The position numbers and the translations under genes are program-made. DNA of 64,000 bases from Piedraia hortae CBS 480.64 (Eukaryota). The notes beneath the pieces are model-generated. The model had not been told where the DNA came from, made no database searches, and saw nothing but the letters and a program-made list of their open reading frames with translations. Below are positions 36,268-48,651 of this stretch, piece after piece (positions within the stretch are counted from its first letter, which is position 1; each line of letters opens with the position of its first letter). The stretch is taken from the NCBI GenBank assembly GCA_010093745.1, contig MU005958.1, positions 186,001-250,000 of the forward strand. Direction: 5' to 3'.

Positions 36268-37724
36268 ATGGCCGATTCGCAACTCCAAGACCATCTTGAC
36301 CCGGATGAACAGCCCATCTATGATCGGCTGTCGGCTATCCGCGAGGAATTACTGCATCTAAAGGCCGATCGCAACAAGTACGTCAAGAGCGCCGACGTGC
36401 AAGACTACTTTCAGCGCATCCTGGCCGAAGTCGACTCGTTAAACAAAATCCGCGAGCCGAAGCGTCACGAGCAGAATCGCGTTGATTATATGCTTGACGA
36501 TTGCTTCCAGCTGGTTTCGCTCTTTTTTCTGACCATCGGCCGCATCTCAGAGGCTCCCGCCATTTACAGCGCAATCAGCACCGTTAAGCGACTGCTGGAC
36601 CATTTGAAGGAAGCTGATTTTTATTCTCCAAAAGACCTCGAGAGCATCAGTAATCGCATTGATCAGTGGCAGACCTCGGTTGATAATGGGCGCGAACGCA
36701 GCGGCGAGACGCTGACGACCTTGCTGGATGCGCGCATCGACGTCTGTCGCAAACTGCTGGCGGGACTCAAGGAACGGCTCAGCCGGCTAGATCCAGGCAC
36801 GGCGGACACGTACGAGAAGCTGGTTAGTATACTGCGCTCGCTTTCTGCGTGCAATACAAGGTCCAAGGTAGGTTCTGTCATTCCTGTTTTTGTATCGTTG
36901 CTAATGAGCAGTTTCCCGCCGACGAAGTCGAGGGATTTGTAGAACAGCTGCGCCAAATCCGCAAAGAGCTGGACGTAGGCACCGACACGCATGTTGGAAT
37001 GTCGGCAGAGCAGGCATATGCCGATCGTCTCGCTTATCGTAGGGGATCGGTTCCCAACAGCACGACTGACGGTCCAGCCGTTGTGCGTTCCCTTCTCAGA
37101 CGCTGCCTCCTCTGGGCCGAGATCGTGCAGGAGAAGCAGGGCAAGATTGATGAGCGATTCAAAGACACATACCAGGGTCTTGTAAAGATTCGAAATAATC
37201 TCGAGCAGATGAGCCTTACGCAGGCTTGGTCTTTGAGAGAAACGGATCTTTACAGCTTCCAGCGCCAGCTTGATCGCATTGACGAATCGCGCGTGAATGG
37301 CAACTTTTTGGACGCCAATGGACGGCCAGCTGACCTCCATGCCCAGCGCACACTGCTCTACCTCCTGCGCAAAAGCTATGCCTACATTTACCAGTACCTC
37401 ATCACTTCAGAACCCGTCAGCGAGGCCTTGCTGCCTATATATAACCAGCTGCTGACGCTGAAGCGCTGCCTGGAAGAGGTGCATCGCAGCGGCGGCGTGG
37501 ACGACGCCCGCGACCTGTACCCATATAGCATGAAGCTGATGAGCATCGACAACATGAAGAAAGACGGAAAATTCATGGTCGGTAACGATATTCCCGAAGG
37601 TCAGGCCAGTGTGTGTAATCTCCTAGCCGACTGTTTTGATCTCACGATGGACATGAGGAGGGAGGCCCAAGAGAGGGAGGAGGACGAAGACAAAGTCCAA
37701 AAGGACGTCGAAATTGCTGCCTAG
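36268..37724 (+). CDS. Cub1/DUF2408-family protein; 2 exons
   Basis: LDDCFQLVSLFFLTIG, LTQAWSLRETDLYSFQRQL, SEPVSEALLPIYNQL; intron ~36868-36911. Confidence 0.82.
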
Positions 37725-37823
37725 TCGGGCAATTCTTCTTTCTTGAGTGTATTTGCATTGATAATTAGCGAATAGGCTACTGGTAGCTGTACCGTTGGTA
37801 TGTAACATCCTCCATACCACACA

Positions 37824-38633
37824 ATGCTCAAAGTTTTACGTCTCTCCCGTCCATCGCTGGCAACGCAGTTTGTTATCCCGCCTCTTACTGGTATAGGGGA
37901 TGGCAACCTGCACATCGACCCCCAAGCCTCCCTGGCCTATCCCAGCAGCAACGAGGCTTCGTCCTTCCCACTGACACCCCTCTTAACCCTACCCACATCC
38001 TTCGGACTAGCCTACGTAGGGGAGACGTTTACCTGTGCCCTCTGCACTCAGCACGAGGACGAGATCAAGGTGGAGATACAGACGCCCGCGCACCCAACCG
38101 GCGTCCAGATCGAAGTCGACGAGACACAGCCGGACGAAGAAGGAGACGTAAAGCAGAGCATCCTCCGCTTTGACCTACAGGAAGAAGGCTCTCACGTTCT
38201 AGCAGTCACGGTGCGGGCGTCTGACACGGGCAAGAAGACGCGGAAACTGTTCCAGTTTGTCGTCCAGCCTTTGCTATCTGTTAGGAGCAAGATTACCAAA
38301 CGCAGGACAGATACTACATCTAAGGTGTCTTGGGTCCTTGAAGCGCAGATTGAGAATGTGGGACAGACTACAACTGCTGTGCTGGAGAGGATCTGGCTGA
38401 GTCCGAATGAGAAAGAGGGCGTTCGAGAGGTTCCGCTTTCGGCTTCTGGGGAGGATAGACCTGTTCTTAAACCGCAGGATGTGGAGCAAGTCATGTTTCT
38501 CGTCGCGAGCGAGGTTGAGGCTACTGCAACGTCGAAGAGGCTGCCATTGGCGCAGTTGAACGTTTCCTGGCGCACGGCAATGGGACAGAGTGGAAAGATT
38601 ACCACCGGGTGGCTCGTTAGCAGGTCTCGCTGA
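37824..38633 (+). CDS. TRAPPC13/DUF974-like protein (compact)
   Basis: LKVLRLSRPSL, LTLPTSFGLAYVGETF, FDLQEEGSHVLAVTV, RKLFQF, LEAQIENVG. Confidence 0.85.
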   Translation: MLKVLRLSRPSLATQFVIPPLTGIGDGNLHIDPQASLAYPSSNEASSFPLTPLLTLPTSFGLAYVGETFTCALCTQHEDEIKVEIQTPAHPTGVQIEVDETQPDEEGDVKQSILRFDLQEEGSHVLAVTVRASDTGKKTRKLFQFVVQPLLSVRSKITKRRTDTTSKVSWVLEAQIENVGQTTTAVLERIWLSPNEKEGVREVPLSASGEDRPVLKPQDVEQVMFLVASEVEATATSKRLPLAQLNVSWRTAMGQSGKITTGWLVSRSR

Positions 38634-39963
38634 CCCTCTTCAATCTCAATACGTCCCCGACGAGGTATAAACTCCCTGCGACCACGACTGGTTGTACGCC
38701 ATTACACGCCGTTCTTATAGCAGAGAGTATGTCTGTTTTGAAGTTAACAGCTTCCACGCCCATCTCACTCGCAATCTCGACAATTCTCTCCCCGTCTATC
38801 GGTTTAACCCAAGGCATGCCATCTACGTCTCCGAACTCGACCGCTAGGAGTCTGTCCCCCTGTTTAAGCAGCTTTCCCAACATGCCCTGCACATCTTTCG
38901 TATCCGTGAACGCCAGCATCCACGTCACTGGACTATTATCCCTCCCACGCAAATGCCCATCTACATGCGAGGACAACACTTCCGCAGACTGGATGTTATG
39001 TGCCCCATCCAAGAGAACAGCATACTTCCGCACCTTCTCCTTCTTCCGCACAGGAGGCAAATCCATCAACGTCGTAACATCCTCCCTCTGCAACCTCCCG
39101 GGAAACCGCGTACTGTAAGCCGCAAAATAGAGCATATCATCCGCCAACCTCTCCCGCCCCTCCTTCCTCCCCAACCTCCCCAAACCATGTAACGCCGTCC
39201 AAGTCGCTCTAAATGCAACACTCAAATTCCGCCTCTGATGCGGCAGCAGGACACACTTTTCATCCGCCCCGTCAAACTCCTCCCTCGGTAAAAGCGAAGC
39301 TCCCCTCCCCTTCCCAACCTCCAACCCAGCAACCCTACACCCCAACGCCTCCGCCCTATCCCTCAAAACCCTCATCACAGCACCCTCGTTCCCCTCATCC
39401 ACAACAACCGGGACGCAGTGTTTGAATATCCCCGCCTTCTCATTCGCAATCTCCTCAACCGTTTCCCCAAGGAAAGCAGTGTGATCCAAACCCACCCTCG
39501 AAATGGCCGTGACGAGGGGTGGTTTCCTACCCTCCATACCCAAGATATTAGTCGCGTCGCCTTTTCCGCCCATCCCGACCTCCACGACAGCCAGGTCGAC
39601 GCCCGCGCGGGTGAAAATCGTAAACGCAACGGCCGTAAGAACTTCAAACTCACTACCCTCTCCTTGTCGAAGAACCTCTGCCTCAACCCCCCTAAACACG
39701 CCCTCCGGAACGACCCGTCCGTAATTGAAGGTAATCCCATCCCATCTGTCGACGAGATGGGGGCTGGTGAAACGTCCGTATTTCAGTGGTGCGTGGCCGC
39801 TGGCGGCGAGGTAGGGTGAAGTGTTGTACACGTCCAGCATGTGGGCTATGTAGTGCACTATGGACCCCTTCCCGTTCGTGCCACCTACGTGGATAGCTCC
39901 CCACGGGAGAGGGTTGTGGCGGAGGAGGGCGCGGATGCGGGAGAGGCCCGAGAGGATGGGCAT
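38617..39963 (-). CDS. FOL3: Dihydrofolate synthetase / folylpolyglutamate synthase family
   Basis: IHVGGTNGKGS, FTSPHLVDRWD, VEVGMGG..DATN, LDHTAFLG, LLDGAHN, AGSLYLVGD. Likely start MPILSGLSRI at 39963. Confidence 0.88.
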   Translation of the reverse strand: MPILSGLSRIRALLRHNPLPWGAIHVGGTNGKGSIVHYIAHMLDVYNTSPYLAASGHAPLKYGRFTSPHLVDRWDGITFNYGRVVPEGVFRGVEAEVLRQGEGSEFEVLTAVAFTIFTRAGVDLAVVEVGMGGKGDATNILGMEGRKPPLVTAISRVGLDHTAFLGETVEEIANEKAGIFKHCVPVVVDEGNEGAVMRVLRDRAEALGCRVAGLEVGKGRGASLLPREEFDGADEKCVLLPHQRRNLSVAFRATWTALHGLGRLGRKEGRERLADDMLYFAAYSTRFPGRLQREDVTTLMDLPPVRKKEKVRKYAVLLDGAHNIQSAEVLSSHVDGHLRGRDNSPVTWMLAFTDTKDVQGMLGKLLKQGDRLLAVEFGDVDGMPWVKPIDGERIVEIASEMGVEAVNFKTDILSAIRTACNGVQPVVVAGSLYLVGDVLRLKRVSETC

Positions 39964-40170
39964 GAGAACTGAGGCCCCGTTGGGCGAGGGTGAGTAACGA
40001 GAGTGGTTGAGTTCTAAAAGAGTGTGATGGTTTGCGACGGGCAAGTTGAAGTTAAATGGGGACGTCTTGACAACCACGGATATGGGGTGAGGTTACGACC
40101 CCACCACCCTCCCACTGTGAAACCAAACTCGTCTACCGTGTGCACTATATAACCACATCCATCACAGTGT

Positions 40171-40579
40171 TCACTGCTGCCCCGGCGGCGCATCACAAAT
40201 CAGTGCCTGGCCCAACTTTTTCACCATCAGTAAAACATTCTCCCCCCCCCACCCCAAACATGCAATCAACTCACCACCGGAATGGCACAACACCGCGCCC
40301 TCTGCCCCACTGCAGCGCAGATATTCACGAAATCGGTGCTGTTCTGTGGTACTTGCGGCGCTCACCCACCTGTCAGCATTCAACCCTACTACCCCTGTGA
40401 TGTGATATACGATTCTTGCAATCCAAATCCGCGAGGTTAATTACGTCCGTGGCGCAGCACTGCGGACTGCCTGCTAGTCCGGCGCAGAGGTTCGCTTGGC
40501 GTTTGGCGACCTCGGGGATCGTGAATGCGTGGGTAAGGAATGCACCGGTGAGGGCGAGGAGGATTATTGAGGATTGCAT
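40171..40579 (-). CDS. Class II hydrophobin; 3 exons
   Basis: Signal peptide, KR site, C..PQCCATDVINLADLDC..ICAAVGQRARCCAIPV|LGQALIC 8-Cys pattern. Confidence 0.92.
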
Positions 40580-42244
40580 TTTTGATACTGAGAGATGTTG
40601 GATGGGTGGGTGGGTTATATAGCTACATTTCTTTGCTGGCGAGATGAAGGGCTGGAGATCAGGGGTGGACATGGAATATGACTAGACAGAACGTCTCCCT
40701 TGTAGGTCACGGGTCAAGCCGCTTGATCTGTGGCTTGGGAGCCCAATGCTTCTACAGTAGACATTGGGTTGCAATGCCGCACAGAGGTATCCACTTAACG
40801 TCGGCTCTGTGTTACAAGCTGCATCGTGGGCGTCGGTGTCAACTGTCAGAAACGGGCACTTGGTCCGTTCAGAGCAAGTCATGACGAATATTGATCGACC
40901 TGCCCGAGGAAGAAGATTCTGGAATTGCCGGCAGATCAAAAATTTCAAATAAGACGATCAGGGCGGTGTCACTGTCCTTGACAGTCAACTGCCTAAGCGA
41001 AGAGGAGTTGCCTTGACAATTCGCAGACTGCAATAACAGACATGCATCAAGGCCTGCACGATCGATGCTGTACAGGTCAGTACAGGTCAGTGTTCACGTC
41101 ATCAACCTGGGATGATGACCTAGGCAAGCTCGGCCATTTTCTAGCCGCTCAGACCAGCAGCTATAGATGTTGCGAACTAAGACGCATTAGGTGTCTGCGG
41201 GTTGGCGGTGAAGCGGGAATAATCGGAGAATGCCCCTCCATGGCTTTGAAGGCATCAATGCAGCTTCGAATACAAGTAGTCCGGCAAACCTGCTGCCTGT
41301 CAATCCACAAGCATGCAAATACTCGGATTTTTGATTCAGTTGTTCCGAGCAGAAGCTGGCGGGATTGGTAATGGCTTTGAAGACGTGGGTTTAGACTCGG
41401 AACGGTCCGAGCCTTGACAAGTTGTGCGAGAATTTTTCGTCCTGACTCCAAGTTCAACCATACTGTTACGCCGTAGTCCCTATCACTACCATCTCGATGC
41501 TCTTGGCAGTCCCAGAGTCACTATCGGGTCAGACTATATAACCGCCTGATGGTCGGATTCATCTCAAGATCCGATTGATCCTCGGCTTGACGAGTCAGTG
41601 AAAAACCTACGTCCAGCTGCAGCCACGAGTCAAGGCAGAGCAAATTTTCAATTTTTTGTGAAAGACGCTCCGTCAAGGCAGGACAAATGATCAACCTTTG
41701 TGAAAAACGCCCGGCTGATTTTAAATTCACTTATCCGGCCAGAGACCTCTCTTACATGGACAACCGCCTTGGTACAGCTCAGTATGACCTATTCTTGGAA
41801 AAGGAGATTACAGCAATCTGATTGGTAGAAGGCCGTGGTCAGAACCATCATCTAGTCGTCTGCGCGTCCTCTCGCTTATTGCGAATGTTATAGGCGGGGG
41901 TTGACTACCTCTGGCGGATACGATAATGATATCACCTAGCAGGCTTTTTAGGTCTGAGGTGGTTCCTGACATGGCTTCGATGGGACTCGATATCTCAGCC
42001 TATACGTCCCCGTCTGGTTGGACCCAGTCCATATTCGAAGCTCATAATCCCTTGAGCTTGGTGGCGACTCTTGACGGTGGTTCGCTTGACTATATCAACG
42101 TGTACACTCTACATAGTGCAATTTCTCTACTAGAGGACTCGTCATGAAATAGGCCAGTCGGTATAAAACTGTTCGTTGGCCACCAATCACATGTTACCCC
42201 ACCCGTGAAATCCTTTGCTGTATGTTGAGCGTATATGGTCAGTC

Positions 42245-44105
42245 ATGACATCTCTACTCCTAACTCTTCTAGCATTCAGCTTGCCAATATGGGCAAAGAC
42301 ACAACAACCATTGGGCAATGGCCAACAGCCAAACATCGTCTTCATATTGACCGATGACCAAGACCTGCACATGGACTCTCTGAAGTATATGCCTCTACTT
42401 AAAAAGCACATCATCGACCACGGAACAAGCTTTACTCGCCACTACTGCACCAATGCCCTCTGCTGTCCCTCCCGTGTCAGCTTATGGACCGGCAAAGCCG
42501 CCCACAACACCAACGTCACTGACGTCAATCCCCCATACGGTGCGTTAGCATCCCTGCACTCCAAGAAAATCATCTCATGAAAACAGGCGGCTACCCCAAA
42601 TTCATCTCCCAAGGCTTCAACGAAGCATACCTCCCCATCTGGCTCCAATCCGCAGGCTACCAAACCTACTACGTTGGCAAACTCTTCAACGCCCAAACCA
42701 TCGACAACTACGCGTCCCCGCACGCCGCAGGCTGGACTGGCTCCGACTTCCTCTTAGACCCATATACATACGAATACCTCAACGCAACCTTCCAACGCAA
42801 CCACGACAAACCCATCAGCTACGAGGGGGAGTACATCACCGACGTCCTCGCCCAAAAAGCCTACACCTTCCTCTCCGACGCCCTCGCGAAGCGACACACC
42901 CCATTCTTCCTCACAATCGCCCCAACGGCACCACACAGCAACGTGCAAATTCACTCCCGCCTCATCGACGGGAACTTTTCCGAAAAATCTGCAACCCAGT
43001 CCCCTCCCATCCCTGCAAAGCGACACAAACACCTATTCCACGACGTCGTCGTCCCGAGGACGGAAAACTTCAACCCACCACGCAGCAGCAGCGTTTCTTG
43101 GATCGCCACACTCCCTCAACAGAATGCTACCAACGTAGCGTTCAACGACGAGTTCTACCGCAACCGTCTGCGTGCGTTGCAGGCTGTTGATGAGATTGTC
43201 GAGGGGGTTGTGAGTAGACTCGCTACCGCGGGGGTTTTGGAGGAGACGTATATCTTCTTCTCGACGGATAATGGGTACCATATTGGGCAGCATAGGCTGC
43301 AGCCCGGGAAGCAGTGCGCGTTTGAGGAGGATATCAACGTTCCGTTGGTTGTGAGGGGGCCGGGGGTTTCACGCAGGGAGGTGGGTGTTGTGACGACGCA
43401 TACGGATCTTGCGCCTACGTTTTTGGGGTTGGCTGGGGTGGAGGGGAGGGAGGGGTTTGACGGGGTTGCTATTCCGTTGAGGGGGGAGGAAGGTGGAAGG
43501 CAGGAACATGTTAATATTGAGATGTGGGGGATCGTTATGTCTGAGGGAAAGTATGGGAGTGAGTTGTACCGAAATCATTCGTATAAGGCCCTCAGGGTGG
43601 TGGGGGAGTGGGATTTGTTGTATACCGTTTGGTGTACCGGTGAGCATGAGCTTTATGATTTGAAGGTGGGTTGATCATGACCGAGAAGGGGTTGGGGTTG
43701 GCTGATTGTTTGCAGAGGGATCCGTTCGAGTTGGAGAATTTGTATACTACGAACGAGGATGCGGTTTTTGCGGAGGGCAATTTTACGGGCGGAGTGGATG
43801 TCTTCCCGTCGGGGATGGTGATTGATTCGAGGAACGTGTCCAGTGGCGTCTATACGGTTAAGCTTCTGGACCGCCTGGATGCTTTGACTATGGTGCTGAA
43901 GACATGCACTGGTCGTGCGTGTACGCATCCTTGGGAGGTCTTACATCCTGGTGGAAGGGTGGCTAGTTTGAGGCAGGCGCTAGCAGGGGAGTTTGATGCG
44001 TTTTATAAACTCCAGCGCAGACGAGTTCGGTTTGCGGCATGTGAGAAGGGGTACTTTTGGGATAATGAGGGGCCATGGGAGATTGAACCGTATCTTTTGG
44101 ATTGA
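42245..44105 (+). CDS. Secreted arylsulfatase (copy 1); 3 exons
   Basis: PNIVFILTDDQD, CCPSRVSLWTG formylglycine motif, DNGYHIGQHRL; signal peptide. Confidence 0.93.
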
Positions 44106-44682
44106 TGATGAGGGCTTGGGTTGGATGAACTCGGCGTTTACGCGTCAAGTTTCGCGAGGTTCTGCAATCGGAGACATGGTAGCACGCCTTCGAGAGCGGG
44201 AATACCCAAATTGCAAAAATGGCCCGGTACCTATTTGCGATAAAATGTTGGGAAAGGGCCACATACAGCCACAAGGCGTGCTTCAACGACTATGGCGCCA
44301 AGGGAACGAATATTCAGAACGGCCTTGGGCGTTATCCTATATACTGTTGGTAACCACTTAAATCGTAGTCCAATGCCATGCAGTCGGAAGTTGCCGTACC
44401 TCGAAGTTACGGCATGAGCCGCTGCAACTACGCAAGTAAGACAGGTGCGCCTGGGCATGACATCTCCGCCCAGAATTGCGTGCTTGATGACGAGATGGGG
44501 CCATCTCGGATCAGTCAGAGAGGTACTACAAATGGGCCAATCAGCAGATGTCCTGAATGCATTCCTCAACGCCGCCGTTCAAGTCTCCTTATAGATAGGT
44601 GATAAGTAATAACGCGAAGCGCATTGTGCATTAAACATGTAGTCATATAAAGGCTGTCAGTCCCATTCCAAAGAGTCACGTC

Positions 44683-46541
44683 ATGTTACAAACCCTGTTC
44701 ACGCTCACCACCCTTATCCTGTCCGCGTGGGCAGCGAGCCAACGACCCAACATTGTTTTCATCCTGACCGATGATCAAGACTTGCATTTGGAGTCGATTA
44801 AATACATGCCATTGCTGACCAAATATGTTGCTAATCAAGGAACTACTTTTCATCGACACTATTGCACCATTGCCCTCTGCTGTCCCTCTCGAGTGAGCTT
44901 GTTGACTGGCAAAGCCGCCCACAACACCAACGTAACCGACGTCAATCCTCCATATGGTTGGTATGGAAAGTCTAGACTGATACAAGTGCTCATTGCTTGA
45001 TAGGGGGCTATCCGAAGTTTATCTCACAGGGATTCAACGAAGCCTACCTTCCCGTGTGGCTGCAATCAGCGGGATATCAGACGTACTATGTTGGAAAATT
45101 TATGAACTCGCAAGATGAAAACAACTACAATGCTCCACACGCTGCTGGCTGGACGGTCTCGGATTTCTTGATCGATCCGTGGACATATCGTTACCTGAAC
45201 GCAACATTTGTACGCAACCAAGATGAACCGGTACACCACGAAGGGGAATATAGCACCGACCTCGTGGCGAATAAGTCGTACGGGTTTCTCGCGGATGCGC
45301 TTGAGAGACCAAATATTCCATTCTTCCTGACCATTGCGCCCATTGCTCCGCATGCAGAGTTTGTCGAACAGCCAGTCCTCACCAATGGCAAGTACGTCAA
45401 CAAAGTGGTTCAGCGATTGCCTCCGATCCCGGCAAAGAGGCATGCGAATCTTTTCCAAGGAGTCAAAATTCCAAGGACACCCAATTTCAACCCTTCACGC
45501 AGCAGCGGAGCTTCCTGGATCGCTACTTTGGCCCAGCAAAACGCCAGCACGGTCGAGGCCAATGACGACTTCTACCGCAACAGGCTTCGTGCACTGCAGG
45601 CGGTTGATGAGATTGTAGAGAACGTAGTAAAGCGACTTGAAGCTGCAGGCCAGCTTGATAATACCTACATTTTCTACTCGTCGGACAATGGCTACCACAT
45701 TGGTCAACACCGACTCCCGCCAGGCAAGTCGTGTGCGTTTGAGGAGGATATCAACATCCCCCTGATCGTTCGGGGACCGGGTATACCCAAGGGTGGATCG
45801 GTAAATCTTGTCACTTCCCACACCGATCTCGCTCCCACATTTCTTAATATAGCAGGGGTGGCGGCGCGAGATGATTTTGACGGCACGGCGATTCCGCTCA
45901 GCTCTGAAGCGTTCAGGAAAGAGGCTTATTCTAGACAAGAGCACGTCAATGTCGAGTACTGGGGCGGCGCGAGTAGTGAGAATGTCGATTTTCAAAACTT
46001 TGCAAACAACTCGTACAAGGCTTTGCGGATTGTGGGTGATGGATATAATCTGCTGTATACAGTCTGGTGCACGGGTGAACACGAGTTGTACGAGATGAAT
46101 GTGAGTTGCGCAAAAAAAAAAAAAAATAAGGCTCAAAAATTACAGAGACTGACGATACAGCATGATCCATACCAGTTGGATAACATTTACACGCTGAGCC
46201 CTTGGGCAACGGTCTCGTTCCCGAACGCTACGTACGTTCATGGACGACAAGGACCACAACCTCGGCCTACAGTCAGGGTTCTTGACCTGTTAGGTCGTCT
46301 GGATGCGGTAACCATGGTTCTTAAAAGCTGCAAGGGTCGTGCTTGCACCGATCCCTGGGAAACGCTGCATCCGGACGGAAGGGTAAGAAATTTGGAGGAC
46401 GCCATGCACCATAGATACGACAGGTTCTATGAGCTCCAGCGAGGTCGTGTTCGGCTTGCAGCGTGTTTGGGAGGGCAGATTTTGGCAAACGAGGAGCCGC
46501 GGTCGATACTAAGGCCGTATAGCTTGGATCACGGCATGTGA
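44683..46541 (+). CDS. Secreted arylsulfatase (copy 2); 3 exons
   Basis: Same motifs (CCPSRVSLLTG) and same intron positions as copy 1. Confidence 0.93.
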
Positions 46542-46599
46542 GGAAAATGCCTCGGTATGTAATATTACATTGCCCCCTTTCGCCCGCCAACCAACCATC

Positions 46600-48651
46600 A
46601 TGTCTACACCTCCTCAGTGGGTACAAGCCCTCCGGCCTTCTGGTCCTCAAGGCCATGAGCTCCTCGCCCAGGAACGGGCCAAAAGCACCATCAACGTAGA
46701 CCAACTGAGCACCTTTTTGTTTACCAAGACGGGCCTTGAGCGTAAACAACGCATATTGAAGATCCTCGAAAGCGAAAAAGTGTTTGACAAGTCGCAAAAC
46801 TATTTCTCTGGACGCGTCGACCGGTTCGAGCGGGCGCTTGCGAGGTCGAAGCGTCTGCGCCAGTTGGCCCAGGAACATGGCTTTAGCCAGGATGATATGA
46901 TGGTGGCCAATGACATTGTGTCGGAGCCGGGCCCGTACGGTCTACACGAGTCTATGTTCTTGCTCACCTTGCGTGACCAAGGCACGCCGGAGCAGCATGA
47001 AAAGTTCTTGAAACCTGCACTGGAATATCGCTATATCGGATGCTACGCTCAGACGGAGCTCGGACACGGCAGCAACGTCCGTGGACTCGAGACGACGGCA
47101 ACGTGGAATCAAGAGGACAAGACGTTCACAATCCATTCACCTTCCCTCACGGCCAGCAAATGGTGGATCGGGTCCCTCGGACGCACGGCCAACCACGCTG
47201 TCGTCATGGCACAGCTGATCGTCAACGGCAAGAACCGTGGTCCACATCCGTTTGTGGTTCAGATCAGGGACTTGGAAACGCACGAGTTGCTGGAGAACGT
47301 CTACGCTGGTGATATTGGACCCAAGTTTGGTTACAACACCATGGACAACGGTTTCTTGCTCTTCAACAAGGTCAAGGTGCCCCATATCTCCATGCTTGCT
47401 CGCTTCTCATCTGTGGCTCCGAGCTCTGGGGAGTATATCCAGCCCAAGTCTGCGAGTCTTGTGTACGGGTCAATGACTTGGGTGCGTTCTACGATTGTCC
47501 TCCAGGCCGGCAGCGTTTTGGCGCGAGGAGTGACCATCGCCACTCGCTACTGCTCCATTCGACGACAGTTCCAGGACCGGGATGCACCTGAATGGGAAAA
47601 GGGCGAGAACCAAGTCATCAACTACACCACGGTCCAGATCCGTCTCCTGCCTCTTCTGGCCACCACTTTTGCCCTGCACTTTACCGGCTCAGCCATGATG
47701 GCCATGTACACTGCGAGCATGGAGAAGATGCGAAGCGGTACTGGCGGAGGAGGCATGTTGGCCGACCTCCACGCAACCTCTTGCGGCCTCAAGTCTCTTG
47801 CCTCGCACACTGCGGCCGAAGGCCTCGAAGTCTGCCGTCGCGCCTGTGGAGGACACGGCTACTCGTCCTTTTCCGGCATCGGGCCCTTTTACGCCGACTA
47901 CCTCCCTACCGTAACCTGGGAAGGTGACAACTACATGCTCACGCAGCAAGTAGCACGCTATCTCCTCAAAACCGCGCGCGCCGTCCTGTCGGGAAAAGCC
48001 AAGAAAAACCAAAACGACACGGTAGACATCCTGATGAACTACCTCGCCCGTCAAGACCAAGGCTGCGCGTTCGACATTCTGGGCAACGACAGCGACATCG
48101 TCGCGGCCTTTGCGTGGCGCTCCGCCTTCCTAACCTTCGACGCACTCAAACGCCGCGACGAGCAGAAGCGATCATGGAACAGTCTCCTCGTCGACTTCTA
48201 CCGTCTATCGCGCGCTCACTCGCAGTACTTCATCGTCAAGAACTTCCACGATACTCTCACCCAACCCAATTTCAAAAACCTCGACGCCTCCACGCGCGAA
48301 CTCCTCCACGACCTCTTCCGCCTCTACGCCCTCAACACCCTTGAACAAGAGGGCTCAGAATTCTACACCTCTGCCGCAGTCACCGTGCGTCAGATCCAGC
48401 TCACGCGGTCTACCGCGATTATGGCGTTGTTAGAAAAAGTCCGTCCCCACGCCGTGGCGCTGGTCGATGCGTGGGCGTTTTCGGATTTCCAGCTCGACTC
48501 GTCGCTGGGACGCGCGGACGGAAAGGTGTACGAGGATATGTTCCGTTGTGCGACGACGCTGAATCCGCTTAATAAGGTCACGGTTGACCCGTATCCGGAT
48601 AGTAAGGTGCTGTTTAGGAAGGTGGATGGGGTTGTTAAGGGGAAGTTGTAG
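46600..48651 (+). CDS. Acyl-CoA oxidase
   Basis: GCYAQTELGHGSNVRGLETTA, KWWIGSLG, CRRACGGHGY, TWEGDNYML; C-terminus -GKL. Confidence 0.95.
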   Translation: MSTPPQWVQALRPSGPQGHELLAQERAKSTINVDQLSTFLFTKTGLERKQRILKILESEKVFDKSQNYFSGRVDRFERALARSKRLRQLAQEHGFSQDDMMVANDIVSEPGPYGLHESMFLLTLRDQGTPEQHEKFLKPALEYRYIGCYAQTELGHGSNVRGLETTATWNQEDKTFTIHSPSLTASKWWIGSLGRTANHAVVMAQLIVNGKNRGPHPFVVQIRDLETHELLENVYAGDIGPKFGYNTMDNGFLLFNKVKVPHISMLARFSSVAPSSGEYIQPKSASLVYGSMTWVRSTIVLQAGSVLARGVTIATRYCSIRRQFQDRDAPEWEKGENQVINYTTVQIRLLPLLATTFALHFTGSAMMAMYTASMEKMRSGTGGGGMLADLHATSCGLKSLASHTAAEGLEVCRRACGGHGYSSFSGIGPFYADYLPTVTWEGDNYMLTQQVARYLLKTARAVLSGKAKKNQNDTVDILMNYLARQDQGCAFDILGNDSDIVAAFAWRSAFLTFDALKRRDEQKRSWNSLLVDFYRLSRAHSQYFIVKNFHDTLTQPNFKNLDASTRELLHDLFRLYALNTLEQEGSEFYTSAAVTVRQIQLTRSTAIMALLEKVRPHAVALVDAWAFSDFQLDSSLGRADGKVYEDMFRCATTLNPLNKVTVDPYPDSKVLFRKVDGVVKGKL

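Noticed and set aside
40680..42200. ORFs between the hydrophobin and sulfatase genes
   Set aside because: Short and motif-free; likely a shared divergent promoter region.
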